Of a stretch of 64,000 nucleotides of DNA, positions 25,605 to 40,250 are shown piece by piece (position 1 is the first letter of the stretch; every line of letters starts with the position of its first letter). The DNA is from Escherichia coli (GTDB lineage: Bacteria; Pseudomonadota; Gammaproteobacteria; Enterobacterales; Enterobacteriaceae), in assembly GCF_030013205.1 (NCBI RefSeq), contig NZ_CP122648.1. One strand, given 5' to 3'. The notes below the pieces were generated by a model. That model did no database searches and was not told where the DNA came from. It saw only the letters and a list, made by a program, of their open reading frames with translations. A program made the translations under genes and the position numbers.

Positions 25605-26384
25605 AACCTGTTCCTTATTCTGTGAACTTCAGGTGACATTAAAGCTTTACTCCTAATGGAGAAACGACGCAATCCCAACTCAGTCAAACAGGTAAATATT
25701 AGTCTGATTATTAGTAAAGACAATTAATCAATCACTCTCGGTGATCATATGATTTCAACTGTAATTATAAGAAAATAATGTACTGATTCTCCATATTAAA
25801 CAAGTGGTTAATACATGTAAAACATTTTATTAACATTAAGTTGATTGTTGCCTTTCTTTGTATTTAATTAGTTTGTTGTGCGGTAAATGTCTGTTTAAAA
25901 ATAGCTTATCTGGTATTGCATTAAAGCAATTATTTATGGCAGATGATTATTTACGGTGAGTTATTTTAACTGTGCGCAACATCCCATTTCGATTATTCCT
26001 GTTTCATTTTTGCTTGCTAGAGTCGCGAAAAACTTTTTAACAGATTGAAATACACCCAAAACAAAAGTATGACTTATACATTTATGTTAAGTAATTGAGC
26101 GTTTTGTGTGATCTGTATCACACATTATTGAAAATCGCAGCCCCCCTCCGTTGTATGTGAGTGTAGTGACGAGTAAAGTTGCGTCGATTTAGGAAAAATC
26201 TTAGATAAGTGTAAAGAACCCCTTCTATTTGTGAGGACTTATTAAATCCAAAAAAGGGGCTCTGCCTGTTGCAGCTTATCGCAACTATTCTAATGCTAAT
26301 TATTTTTTACCGGGGCTTCCCGGCGACATCACGGGGTGCGGTGAGACCGCATAAAAATAAAGTTGGTTATTCTGGGTGGGAATA
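25605..26384 (+). promoter_or_regulatory. flhDC upstream regulatory region and long 5' leader (AT-rich), no IS element present
   Basis: 780-bp AT-rich intergenic segment preceding flhD; by established knowledge this region carries the class 1 promoter and multiple regulator and sRNA target sites; individual sites not resolved here. Confidence 0.5.
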
Positions 26385-26735
26385 ATGCATACCTCCGAGT
26401 TGCTGAAACACATTTATGACATCAACTTGTCATATTTACTACTTGCACAGCGTCTGATTGTTCAGGACAAAGCGTCCGCAATGTTTCGTCTCGGCATAAA
26501 TGAAGAAATGGCGACAACGTTAGCGGCACTGACTCTTCCGCAAATGGTTAAGCTGGCAGAAACCAATCAACTGGTTTGTCACTTTCGTTTTGACAGCCAC
26601 CAGACGATTACTCAGTTGACGCAAGATTCCCGCGTTGACGATCTCCAGCAAATTCATACCGGCATCATGCTCTCAACACGCTTGCTGAATGATGTTAATC
26701 AGCCTGAAGAAGCGCTGCGCAAGAAAAGGGCCTGA
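26385..26735 (+). CDS. flhD: flagellar master regulator subunit FlhD, 116 aa
   Basis: [70 protein letters not shown]...; alternative upstream ATG at 26376. Confidence 0.93.
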
Positions 26736-26737
26736 TC

Positions 26738-27316
26738 ATGAGTGAAAAAAGCATTGTTCAGGAAGCGCGGGATATTCAGCTGGCAATGGAATTGATCACC
26801 CTTGGCGCTCGTTTGCAGATGCTGGAAAGCGAAACACAGTTAAGTCGCGGACGCCTGATAAAACTCTATAAAGAACTGCGCGGAAGCCCACCGCCGAAAG
26901 GCATGCTGCCATTCTCAACCGACTGGTTTATGACCTGGGAACAAAACGTTCATGCTTCGATGTTCTGTAACGCATGGCAGTTTTTACTGAAAACCGGCTT
27001 GTGTAATGGCGTCGATGCGGTGATCAAAGCCTACCGTTTATACCTTGAACAGTGCCCGCAAGCAGAAGAAGGACCGCTGCTGGCATTAACCCGTGCCTGG
27101 ACATTGGTGCGGTTTGTTGAAAGTGGATTACTGCAACTTTCCAGCTGCAACTGCTGCGGCGGCAATTTTATTACCCACGCTCACCAGCCTGTTGGCAGCT
27201 TTGCCTGCAGCTTATGTCAGCCGCCATCCCGGGCAGTAAAAAGACGTAAACTTTCCCAGAATCCTGCCGATATTATCCCACAACTGCTGGATGAACAGAG
27301 AGTACAGGCTGTTTAA
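26738..27316 (+). CDS. flhC: flagellar master regulator subunit FlhC, 192 aa
   Basis: [70 protein letters not shown]... with C-terminal Cys cluster. Confidence 0.95.
27247..27273 (+). promoter_or_regulatory. sigma28 class 3 promoter of motA-motB-cheA-cheW, located inside the 3' end of flhC
   Basis: TAAA (27247-27250), 15-nt spacer, GCCGATAT (27266-27273); one mismatch to TAAA-N15-GCCGATAA. Confidence 0.6.
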
Positions 27317-27375
27317 CTGATACGGTGTGGCGCAACATTCCAGCAGCGGTAACGACGTACCGCTGCTTTTTTTTG
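27281..27375 (+). ncRNA. candidate 5'UTR-derived sRNA (MotR-like) ending at an intrinsic terminator upstream of motA
   Basis: Predicted sigma28 start about 8 nt after the -10, then hairpin agcagcggtaacgacgtaccgctgct plus T8 at 27342-27375, about 65 nt before the motA start; boundaries inferred, not measured. Confidence 0.35.
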
Positions 27376-27442
27376 CCCCAATCGCGCGTTAACGCCTGAC
27401 GACTGAACATCCTGTCATGGTCAACAGTGGAAGGATGATGTC

Positions 27443-28326
27443 GTGCTTATCTTATTAGGTTACCTGGTTGTTCTCGGTACAGTTTTCGGCGGTTATTTGA
27501 TGACCGGTGGAAGCCTTGGAGCACTCTATCAACCCGCTGAACTGGTGATTATTGCCGGTGCAGGGATTGGGTCATTTATCGTCGGCAATAATGGCAAAGC
27601 GATTAAAGGCACGCTGAAGGCGCTGCCGTTGCTGTTTCGTCGCTCCAAATACACCAAAGCAATGTATATGGATCTGCTGGCTCTGCTTTATCGGTTGATG
27701 GCGAAATCGCGGCAGATGGGGATGTTTTCGCTGGAACGTGATATTGAAAATCCCCGTGAGAGCGAGATCTTCGCCAGCTACCCACGCATCCTTGCGGATA
27801 GCGTCATGCTTGATTTTATCGTCGATTATCTGCGTCTGATTATCAGCGGTCACATGAACACCTTCGAAATCGAAGCCCTGATGGATGAAGAGATTGAGAC
27901 GCACGAAAGCGAAGCAGAAGTCCCGGCGAACAGTCTGGCGCTGGTCGGGGACTCACTTCCGGCGTTTGGTATTGTCGCGGCTGTGATGGGGGTCGTTCAC
28001 GCGTTAGGTTCAGCCGATCGTCCTGCCGCCGAGCTGGGGGCGCTTATCGCACATGCGATGGTGGGGACTTTCCTCGGTATTTTATTGGCTTACGGATTTA
28101 TTTCCCCATTAGCGAGTGTTTTACGTCAGAAAAGCGCCGAAACCAGCAAAATGATGCAGTGCGTCAAAGTCACACTGCTTTCTAATCTGAACGGTTACGC
28201 ACCGCCTATCGCCGTTGAGTTTGGTCGCAAAACGCTCTATTCCAGCGAACGTCCATCGTTTATTGAACTGGAAGAGCATGTGCGTGCGGTGAAAAATCCG
28301 CAACAACAGACGACAACCGAGGAAGC

Positions 28327-28330
<4 letters not shown>
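27443..28330 (+). CDS. motA: flagellar motor stator protein MotA, 295 aa
   Basis: [55 protein letters not shown]... Confidence 0.95.
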
Positions 28331-31222
<2,892 letters not shown>

Positions 31223-31242
31223 ATGAGTAAAAAGGTAACAAT

Positions 31243-31746
31243 ATGACCGGTATGACGAATGTAACAAAGCTGGCCAGCGAGCCGTCAGGCCAGGAATTTC
31301 TGGTATTTACCCTTGGTGATGAAGAGTACGGTATTGATATCCTGAAAGTGCAGGAGATCCGTGGCTACGATCAGGTAACACGGATTGCGAACACGCCAGC
31401 GTTTATCAAAGGCGTCACGAATCTGCGCGGCGTTATTGTGCCGATTGTCGACTTACGAATTAAGTTCAGCCAGGTGGATGTGGACTATAACGACAACACG
31501 GTAGTTATCGTCCTGAATTTCGGACAGCGGGTGGTCGGCATCGTGGTTGACGGCGTTTCAGACGTGCTTTCATTGACGGCGGAGCAAATTCGTCCGGCAC
31601 CGGAATTTGCCGTGACGCTTTCAACAGAATATCTCACTGGACTGGGCGCACTGGGCGACCGGATGTTGATTCTGGTGAACATCGAAAAACTGCTGAACAG
31701 CGAAGAGATGGCGCTGTTAGATAGCGCGGCGTCAGAAGTGGCGTAA
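31243..31746 (+). CDS. cheW: chemotaxis coupling protein CheW, 167 aa
   Basis: [72 protein letters not shown]... Confidence 0.95.
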   Translation: MTGMTNVTKLASEPSGQEFLVFTLGDEEYGIDILKVQEIRGYDQVTRIANTPAFIKGVTNLRGVIVPIVDLRIKFSQVDVDYNDNTVVIVLNFGQRVVGIVVDGVSDVLSLTAEQIRPAPEFAVTLSTEYLTGLGALGDRMLILVNIEKLLNSEEMALLDSAASEVA

Positions 31747-31774
31747 TTCTCCCGATTTCCTCAATTGCAATGAA

Positions 31775-31801
31775 CCCGATGACCTGCGCATCGGGTTTTT
31801 T
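31775..31801 (+). terminator. rho-independent terminator after cheW
   Basis: hairpin cccgatg-acctgcg-catcggg followed by ttttttt. Confidence 0.65.
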
Positions 31802-31802
31802 A

Positions 31803-32510
31803 TTGTGCACAGAAAACCCCCAGCTAGGCTGGGGGTTCCGGAAAGCTTTCAGCTTTGAGCCAGTTATTAAAACCCCTTTTGATTTGTTAAAACACCTTGC
31901 GGTCTGGCAACTGCAAGTGTCAAACAAGAAATCAAAAGGGGGTCCCAATGGGGAACGAAAAGAGCTTAGCGCACACCCGATGGAACTGTAAATATCACAT
32001 AGTTTTTGCGCCAAAATACCGAAGACAAGTGTTCTACAGAGAGAAGCGTAGAGCAATAGGCAGTATTTTGAGAAAGCTGTGTGAGTGGAAAAGCGTACGG
32101 ATTCTTGAAGCTGAATGCTGTGCAGATCATATCCATATGCTTGTGGAGATCCCGCCCAAAATGAGCGTATCCGGCTTTATGGGATATCTGAAAGGGAAAA
32201 GCAGTCTGATGCTTTACGAGCAGTTTGGTGATTTGAAATTCAAATACAGGAACAGAGAGTTCTGGTGCAGAGGGTACTACGTCGATACGGTGGGTAAGAA
32301 CACGGCGAAGATACAGGATTACATAAAGCACCAGCTTGAAGAGGATAAAATGGGAGAGCAGTTATCGATTCCCTATCCGGGCAGCCCGTTTACGGGCCGT
32401 AAGTAACGAAGTTGGATGCAAATGTCAGATCGTGTGCGCCTGTTAGGGCGCGGCTGGTAAGAGAGCCTTATAGGCGCATTTGAAAAACCTCCGGCTATGC
32501 CGGAGGATAT
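31803..32510 (+). mobile_element. IS200-like insertion sequence (IS200/IS605 family), about 0.7 kb, boundaries approximate
   Basis: Single tnpA gene flanked by subterminal hairpins (cccccagc-tag-gctggggg at 31817-31835; cctccggc-tat-gccggagg at 32488-32506); extra DNA between the cheW terminator and the tar promoter; no terminal inverted repeats or target duplication seen, as expected for this family. Confidence 0.65.
31948..32406 (+). CDS. tnpA: IS200-type Y1 (HuH) transposase TnpA, 152 aa
   Basis: MGNEKSLAHTRWNCKYHIVFAPKYRRQVFY...CCADHIHMLVEIPPKMSVSGFMGYLKGKSS...RNREFWCRGYYVDTVGKN: HuH motif (HIH) and catalytic Tyr region typical of IS200 TnpA; ORF-track start at 31897 trimmed. Confidence 0.92.
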   Translation: MGNEKSLAHTRWNCKYHIVFAPKYRRQVFYREKRRAIGSILRKLCEWKSVRILEAECCADHIHMLVEIPPKMSVSGFMGYLKGKSSLMLYEQFGDLKFKYRNREFWCRGYYVDTVGKNTAKIQDYIKHQLEEDKMGEQLSIPYPGSPFTGRK

Positions 32511-32543
32511 TTATTTCAGTTTCGCGGCGGGTGGCATCAGCAA

Positions 32544-32570
32544 TAAAGTTTCCCCCTTCCTTGCCGATAA
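32544..32570 (+). promoter_or_regulatory. sigma28 class 3 promoter of tar-tap-cheRBYZ
   Basis: Perfect TAAA-N15-GCCGATAA (TAAA 32544-32547; GCCGATAA 32563-32570), about 30 nt upstream of tar ATG and downstream of the IS200-like element. Confidence 0.75.
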
Positions 32571-32601
32571 CGAGATCAACTTGTTTTCAGGAAGGTGCCT
32601 T

Positions 32602-34263
32602 ATGATTAACCGTATCCGCGTAGTCACGCTGTTGGTAATGGTGCTGGGGGTATTCGCACTGTTACAGCTTATTTCCGGCAGTCTGTTTTTTTCTTCCCTT
32701 CACCATAGCCAGAAGAGCTTTGTGGTTTCCAATCAATTACGGGAACAGCAGGGCGAGCTGACGTCAACCTGGGATTTAATGCTGCAAACGCGCATTAACC
32801 TGAGTCGTTCAGCGGTGCGGATGATGATGGATTCCTCCAATCAACAAAGTAACGCCAAAGTTGAATTGCTCGATAGCGCCAGGAAAACATTGGCCCAGGC
32901 CGCGACGCATTATAAAAAATTCAAAAGCATGGCACCGTTACCTGAAATGGTCGCTACCAGTCGTAATATTGATGAAAAATATAAAAACTATCACACAGCG
33001 TTAACTGAACTGATTGATTATCTTGATTATGGCAATACTGGAGCTTATTTCGCTCAGCCAACCCAGGGAATGCAAAATGCAATGGGCGAAGCGTTTGCTC
33101 AGTACGCCCTCAGCAGTGAAAAACTGTATCGCGATATCGTCACTGACAACGCAGATGATTACCGATTTGCCCAGTGGCAACTGGCGGTTATCGCGCTGGT
33201 GGTGGTATTGATTCTGCTGGTGGCGTGGTACGGCATTCGCCGTATGTTGCTTACACCGCTGGCAAAAATTATTGCTCACATTCGCGAAATCGCCAGTGGT
33301 AACCTGGCGAATACCCTGACCATTGACGGGCGCAGTGAAATGGGCGACCTGGCGCAGAGCGTTTCACATATGCAACGCTCTTTGACTGACACCGTCACTC
33401 ATGTGCGTGAAGGTTCAGATGCCATCTATGCCGGTACCCGTGAAATTGCGGCGGGCAACACCGATCTTTCCTCCCGTACTGAACAGCAGGCATCTGCGCT
33501 GGAAGAAACTGCCGCCAGCATGGAGCAGCTCACCGCGACAGTGAAGCAAAACGCCGATAACGCCCGCCAGGCCTCGCAACTGGCGCAAAGTGCCTCCGAT
33601 ACTGCCCAGCACGGCGGAAAAGTAGTGGATGGTGTAGTGAAAACGATGCATGAGATCGCCGATAGTTCGAAGAAAATTGCCGACATTATCAGCGTTATCG
33701 ATGGTATTGCCTTCCAGACTAATATCCTCGCGTTGAATGCCGCTGTTGAAGCCGCGCGTGCGGGTGAACAGGGCCGTGGTTTTGCCGTGGTGGCGGGCGA
33801 AGTGCGTAATCTTGCCAGTCGCAGCGCCCAGGCGGCAAAAGAGATCAAAGCCCTCATTGAAGACTCCGTCTCGCGCGTTGATACCGGTTCGGTGCTGGTC
33901 GAAAGCGCCGGGGAAACAATGAACAATATCGTCAATGCTGTCACTCGCGTGACTGACATTATGGGCGAGATTGCATCGGCATCGGATGAACAGAGCCGTG
34001 GCATCGATCAAGTCGCATTGGCGGTTTCGGAAATGGATCGCGTCACGCAACAGAACGCATCGCTGGTGCAGGAATCAGCTGCCGCCGCAGCTGCGCTGGA
34101 AGAACAGGCCAGTCGTTTAACGCAAGCGGTTTCCGCGTTTCGTCTGGCAGCCAGCCCACTCACCAATAAACCGCAAACACCATCCCGTCCTGCCAGTGAG
34201 CAACCACCGGCACAGCCACGACTGCGAATTACTGAACAAGATCCAAACTGGGAAACATTTTGA
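32602..34263 (+). CDS. tar: methyl-accepting chemotaxis protein II Tar (aspartate/maltose receptor), 553 aa
   Basis: [60 protein letters not shown]...; HAMP and conserved MCP signalling domain; ORF-track upstream extension trimmed. Confidence 0.95.
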   Translation: MINRIRVVTLLVMVLGVFALLQLISGSLFFSSLHHSQKSFVVSNQLREQQGELTSTWDLMLQTRINLSRSAVRMMMDSSNQQSNAKVELLDSARKTLAQAATHYKKFKSMAPLPEMVATSRNIDEKYKNYHTALTELIDYLDYGNTGAYFAQPTQGMQNAMGEAFAQYALSSEKLYRDIVTDNADDYRFAQWQLAVIALVVVLILLVAWYGIRRMLLTPLAKIIAHIREIASGNLANTLTIDGRSEMGDLAQSVSHMQRSLTDTVTHVREGSDAIYAGTREIAAGNTDLSSRTEQQASALEETAASMEQLTATVKQNADNARQASQLAQSASDTAQHGGKVVDGVVKTMHEIADSSKKIADIISVIDGIAFQTNILALNAAVEAARAGEQGRGFAVVAGEVRNLASRSAQAAKEIKALIEDSVSRVDTGSVLVESAGETMNNIVNAVTRVTDIMGEIASASDEQSRGIDQVALAVSEMDRVTQQNASLVQESAAAAAALEEQASRLTQAVSAFRLAASPLTNKPQTPSRPASEQPPAQPRLRITEQDPNWETF

Positions 34264-34308
34264 CGAGTTTTTACTAACGCGGTCATTGCCGCCTGATGGG
34301 GAGCGTTG

Positions 34309-35910
34309 ATGTTTAATCGTATTCGAATTTCGACCACGCTGTTTTTAATTTTGATTCTCTGCGGGATCTTGCAGATTGGCAGTAACGGCATGTCTTTTTG
34401 GGCATTTCGCGACGATTTGCAACGACTGAATCAGGTCGAGCAGAGCAATCAGCAACGTGCGGCATTAGCGCAAACTCGGGCGGTAATGTTACAGGCCAGT
34501 ACCGCGCTGAACAAAGCGGGCACTCTGACGGCGCTTAGCTATCCGGCGGATGACATTAAAACGTTGATGACGACGGCGCGCGCCAGTCTGACGCAATCCA
34601 CCACGCTGTTTAAAAGTTTTATGGCGATGACTGCGGGCAATGAGCACGTCAGGGCGTTGCAAAAAGAGACGGAGAAAAGTTTTGCCCGCTGGCACAACGA
34701 TCTCGAACATCAGGCGACCTGGCTTGAAAGTAATCAACTTTCGGATTTCCTCACTGCGCCGGTGCAGGAATCACAGAATGCGTTTGACGTTAACTTTGAG
34801 GCCTGGCAGCAGGAGATCAACCATGTGCTGGAAGCTGCCAGTGCGCAAAGCCAGCGTAACTATCAGATTTCGGCGCTGGTGTTTATCAGCATGATTATTG
34901 TTGCGGCGATCTACATCAGCAGTGCGCTGTGGTGGACGCGCAAGATGATTGTTCAACCACTGGCCATTATCGGTAGCCATTTTGACAGCATTGCTGCGGG
35001 TAATCTGGCGCGTCCGATTGCGGTATATGGTCGCAATGAGATCACCGCCATTTTTGCCAGTCTGAAGACCATGCAGCAGGCTTTGCGTGGGACGGTAAGT
35101 GATGTGCGTAAGGGAAGCCAGGAGATGCACATTGGTATCGCGGAGATTGTCGCAGGCAATAACGATCTCTCAAGTCGTACCGAACAGCAGGCGGCATCGC
35201 TGGCACAAACGGCCGCCAGTATGGAGCAATTAACCGCCACGGTAGGGCAAAACGCCGATAACGCGCGCCAGGCGTCGGAACTGGCAAAAAATGCCGCGAC
35301 AACGGCGCAGGCGGGCGGTGTTCAGGTCAGTACCATGACTCACACCATGCAGGAGATCGCCACCAGCTCGCAAAAAATTGGCGACATTATCAGCGTTATC
35401 GACGGCATTGCTTTCCAGACCAATATTCTGGCCCTGAATGCGGCAGTGGAAGCGGCTCGCGCCGGAGAGCAGGGGCGTGGTTTTGCGGTAGTGGCAGGTG
35501 AAGTGCGCAATCTTGCCAGCCGTAGCGCGCAGGCAGCAAAAGAGATCAAAGGGCTGATCGAAGAGTCAGTCAATCGTGTCCAGCAGGGGGCGAAACTGGT
35601 GAATAACGCCGCCGCGACCATGACTGATATTGTCAGTTCGGTGACCCGCGTGAACGACATTATGGGAGAAATTGCTTCGGCCTCGGAAGAACAACGGCGG
35701 GGGATTGAGCAGGTTGCACAGGCTGTCAGCCAGATGGATCAGGTGACTCAGCAGAACGCCTCCCTGGTAGAAGAAGCGGCGACGGCAACGGAACAACTGG
35801 CGAACCAGGCTGACCATCTTTCGTCGCGTGTGGCGGTATTTACCCTTGAAGAACATGAAGTAGCACGACATGAGTCGGCGCAATTACAAATTGCGCCAGT
35901 GGTATCCTGA
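34309..35910 (+). CDS. tap: methyl-accepting chemotaxis protein IV Tap (dipeptide receptor), 533 aa
   Basis: [56 protein letters not shown]... with MCP signalling domain. Confidence 0.94.
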   Translation: MFNRIRISTTLFLILILCGILQIGSNGMSFWAFRDDLQRLNQVEQSNQQRAALAQTRAVMLQASTALNKAGTLTALSYPADDIKTLMTTARASLTQSTTLFKSFMAMTAGNEHVRALQKETEKSFARWHNDLEHQATWLESNQLSDFLTAPVQESQNAFDVNFEAWQQEINHVLEAASAQSQRNYQISALVFISMIIVAAIYISSALWWTRKMIVQPLAIIGSHFDSIAAGNLARPIAVYGRNEITAIFASLKTMQQALRGTVSDVRKGSQEMHIGIAEIVAGNNDLSSRTEQQAASLAQTAASMEQLTATVGQNADNARQASELAKNAATTAQAGGVQVSTMTHTMQEIATSSQKIGDIISVIDGIAFQTNILALNAAVEAARAGEQGRGFAVVAGEVRNLASRSAQAAKEIKGLIEESVNRVQQGAKLVNNAAATMTDIVSSVTRVNDIMGEIASASEEQRRGIEQVAQAVSQMDQVTQQNASLVEEAATATEQLANQADHLSSRVAVFTLEEHEVARHESAQLQIAPVVS

Positions 35911-35928
35911 AGTGATTGAGAAGGCGCT

Positions 35929-36789
35929 ATGACTTCATCTCTGCCCTGTGGGCAAACGTCTTTATTGTTACAGATGACCGAGCGCCTGGCGCTTTCCGAC
36001 GCGCATTTTCGGCGGATAAGTCAATTGATCTATCAACGAGCCGGGATCGTTCTGGCTGACCATAAACGCGACATGGTTTACAACCGACTGGTTCGTCGTT
36101 TGCGTTCGCTGGGGCTGACGGATTTCGGCCATTACTTGAACTTGCTTGAATCTAATCAGCACAGCGGTGAGTGGCAGGCGTTTATCAATTCGCTGACCAC
36201 GAATCTGACGGCTTTTTTCCGTGAGGCGCATCATTTTCCTCTGCTCGCGGATCACGCCCGGCGTCGTTCTGGCGAGTATCGCGTATGGAGCGCGGCGGCT
36301 TCGACCGGCGAAGAGCCGTACAGCATTGCGATGACGCTGGCTGACACATTGGGCACCGTGCCCGGACGCTGGAAAGTGTTTGCCAGTGATATCGACTCCG
36401 AAGTGCTGGAAAAAGCCAGAAGCGGTATTTATCGCCATGAAGAGTTGAAAAACCTGACGCCGCAGCAACTGCAACGGTATTTCATGCGAGGGACGGGACC
36501 GCATGAAGGGCTGGTACGCGTGCGTCAGGAGCTGGCGAACTATGTTGATTTTGCCCCGCTGAATTTACTGGCGAAACAGTACACCGTGCCGGGGCCGTTT
36601 GATGCGATCTTCTGTCGTAACGTCATGATCTACTTCGATCAAACTACCCAGCAGGAGATTTTGCGCCGCTTTGTTCCGCTCCTTAAACCCGACGGATTGC
36701 TGTTTGCGGGTCACTCTGAAAACTTTAGCCACCTTGAGCGCCGCTTCACGCTGCGTGGTCAGACGGTGTATGCGCTAAGTAAGGATTAA
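35929..36789 (+). CDS. cheR: chemotaxis protein methyltransferase CheR, 286 aa
   Basis: [63 protein letters not shown]... Confidence 0.95.
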
Positions 36790-36791
36790 CG

Positions 36792-38245
<1,454 letters not shown>

Positions 38246-38255
38246 GGATGCGACT

Positions 38256-38900
38256 ATGATGCAACCATCAATCAAACCTGCTGACGAGCATTCAGCTGGC
38301 GATATCATTGCGCGCATCGGCAGCCTGACGCGTATGCTGCGCGACAGTTTGCGGGAGCTGGGGCTGGATCAGGCCATTGCCGAAGCGGCGGAAGCCATCC
38401 CCGATGCGCGCGATCGTTTGTACTATGTTGTGCAGATGACCGCCCAGGCTGCGGAGCGGGCGCTGAACAGTGTTGAGGCGTCACAACCGCATCAGGATCA
38501 AATGGAGAAATCAGCAAAAGCGTTAACCCAACGTTGGGATGACTGGTTTGCCGATCCGATTGACCTTGCCGATGCCCGAGAACTGGTAACAGATACGCGG
38601 CAATTTCTGGCAGATGTCCCCGCGCATACCTGCTTTACTAACGCGCAACTGCTGGAAATCATGATGGCGCAGGATTTTCAGGATCTCACCGGGCAGGTCA
38701 TTAAGCGGATGATGGATGTCATTCAGGAGATCGAACGTCAGTTGCTGATGGTGCTGTTGGAAAACATCCCGGAACAGGAGTCGCGTCCAAAACGTGAAAA
38801 CCAGAGTTTGCTTAATGGACCTCAGGTCGATACCAGCAAAGCCGGTGTGGTAGCCAGTCAGGATCAGGTGGACGATTTGTTGGATAGTCTTGGATTTTGA
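38256..38900 (+). CDS. cheZ: CheY-P phosphatase CheZ, 214 aa
   Basis: [71 protein letters not shown]...; ORF-track start trimmed. Confidence 0.94.
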   Translation: MMQPSIKPADEHSAGDIIARIGSLTRMLRDSLRELGLDQAIAEAAEAIPDARDRLYYVVQMTAQAAERALNSVEASQPHQDQMEKSAKALTQRWDDWFADPIDLADARELVTDTRQFLADVPAHTCFTNAQLLEIMMAQDFQDLTGQVIKRMMDVIQEIERQLLMVLLENIPEQESRPKRENQSLLNGPQVDTSKAGVVASQDQVDDLLDSLGF

Positions 38901-38908
38901 TTTGTATT

Positions 38909-38973
38909 GCCTGATGTGGCGTGACTACGTCATATCAGGCGGTCGGATAACGCGATGACGCCGCATCCGACAA
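38909..38973. repeat. REP/BIME-like palindromic element between cheZ and flhB
   Basis: gcctgatgtggcgtgactacgtcatatcaggc followed by ggtcggataacgcgatgacgccgcatccgacaa. Confidence 0.65.
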
Positions 38974-39101
38974 ACGCATACTATGCTTGATGTGTGGCAG
39001 CAAAAGCCCTAAATCCCGCCTGTTTTGCCCCTTACTCAAACCATTGAACGCTTTGCGCTCTGGCATCATTTACGCTTAATACTCTTTCCAGGATTGGCGA
39101 C

Positions 39102-40250
39102 GTGTCTGACGAGAGCGACGACAAAACAGAAGCCCCCACACCTCACCGACTAGAAAAAGCGCGGGAAGAGGGGCAAATCCCGCGTTCCCGTGAACTGACT
39201 TCACTGCTGATTTTGCTGGTGGGCGTTAGTGTTATCTGGTTTGGCGGTGTGTCGCTGGCCCGTCGATTGTCGGGCATGCTCTCCGCTGGGCTGCATTTTG
39301 ATCACAGTATTATCAATGACCCGAATCTGATCCTCGGGCAAATTATTCTGCTGATCAGAGAAGCCATGCTGGCGCTGCTGCCACTGATTAGCGGCGTGGT
39401 GCTGGTGGCGCTCATTTCTCCGGTCATGCTGGGAGGGCTGGTATTTAGCGGCAAATCCTTGCAGCCGAAGTTTTCCAAACTCAACCCGCTACCGGGCATT
39501 AAACGGATGTTCTCGGCACAGACTGGCGCGGAGTTGCTTAAAGCAATTTTGAAAACCATCCTGGTTGGCAGCGTGACGGGATTTTTTCTCTGGCATCACT
39601 GGCCGCAGATGATGCGCTTAATGGCCGAGTCTCCGATTACCGCCATGGGTAATGCGATGGATCTGGTAGGGCTGTGCGCGCTGCTGGTGGTACTTGGTGT
39701 TATTCCGATGGTGGGATTTGACGTCTTTTTCCAAATCTTCAGCCACCTGAAAAAGCTGCGTATGTCGCGGCAGGATATTCGTGATGAGTTCAAACAAAGC
39801 GAAGGCGACCCCCATGTTAAAGGGCGGATCCGTCAGATGCAGCGAGCGGCTGCACGGCGTCGGATGATGGCCGATGTGCCGAAAGCGGATGTCATTGTCA
39901 ATAACCCGACCCACTATTCGGTAGCGTTGCAGTATGACGAAAACAAAATGAGCGCACCGAAAGTGGTCGCTAAAGGTGCAGGGCTGGTCGCGCTGCGCAT
40001 TCGTGAAATTGGCGCTGAAAATAACGTCCCTACGCTTGAAGCGCCGCCGCTGGCGCGAGCGCTGTATCGACATGCGGAGATCGGTCAACAAATCCCGGGT
40101 CAACTGTACGCCGCAGTGGCGGAAGTGCTGGCCTGGGTCTGGCAACTGAAACGCTGGCGTCTGGCTGGTGGACAGCGCCCTGTACAACCTACTCATCTTC
40201 CGGTGCCGGAAGCCCTGGATTTTATTAACGAGAAACCGACCCATGAGTAA
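39102..40250 (+). CDS. flhB: flagellar export apparatus protein FlhB, 382 aa, GTG start
   Basis: (M)SDESDDKTEAPTPHRLEKAREEGQIPRSRELTSLLILLVGVSVIWFGG... and NPTH autocleavage motif (NNPTHYSVAL). Confidence 0.94.
   Translation: MSDESDDKTEAPTPHRLEKAREEGQIPRSRELTSLLILLVGVSVIWFGGVSLARRLSGMLSAGLHFDHSIINDPNLILGQIILLIREAMLALLPLISGVVLVALISPVMLGGLVFSGKSLQPKFSKLNPLPGIKRMFSAQTGAELLKAILKTILVGSVTGFFLWHHWPQMMRLMAESPITAMGNAMDLVGLCALLVVLGVIPMVGFDVFFQIFSHLKKLRMSRQDIRDEFKQSEGDPHVKGRIRQMQRAAARRRMMADVPKADVIVNNPTHYSVALQYDENKMSAPKVVAKGAGLVALRIREIGAENNVPTLEAPPLARALYRHAEIGQQIPGQLYAAVAEVLAWVWQLKRWRLAGGQRPVQPTHLPVPEALDFINEKPTHE

Noticed and set aside
31803-32510. Possibility that the extra DNA between cheW and tar carries cargo (defence or toxin genes) rather than a bare IS
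   Set aside because: The insert is only about 0.7 kb and is filled by the single tnpA gene plus structured ends; there is no room for additional genes.
33415-34050. 211-aa and 192-aa ORFs antisense to tar, and similar ORFs antisense to tap (34771-35883)
   Set aside because: GC-rich, Ala/Arg-rich antisense frames within the conserved MCP signalling domain; typical spurious ORFs.
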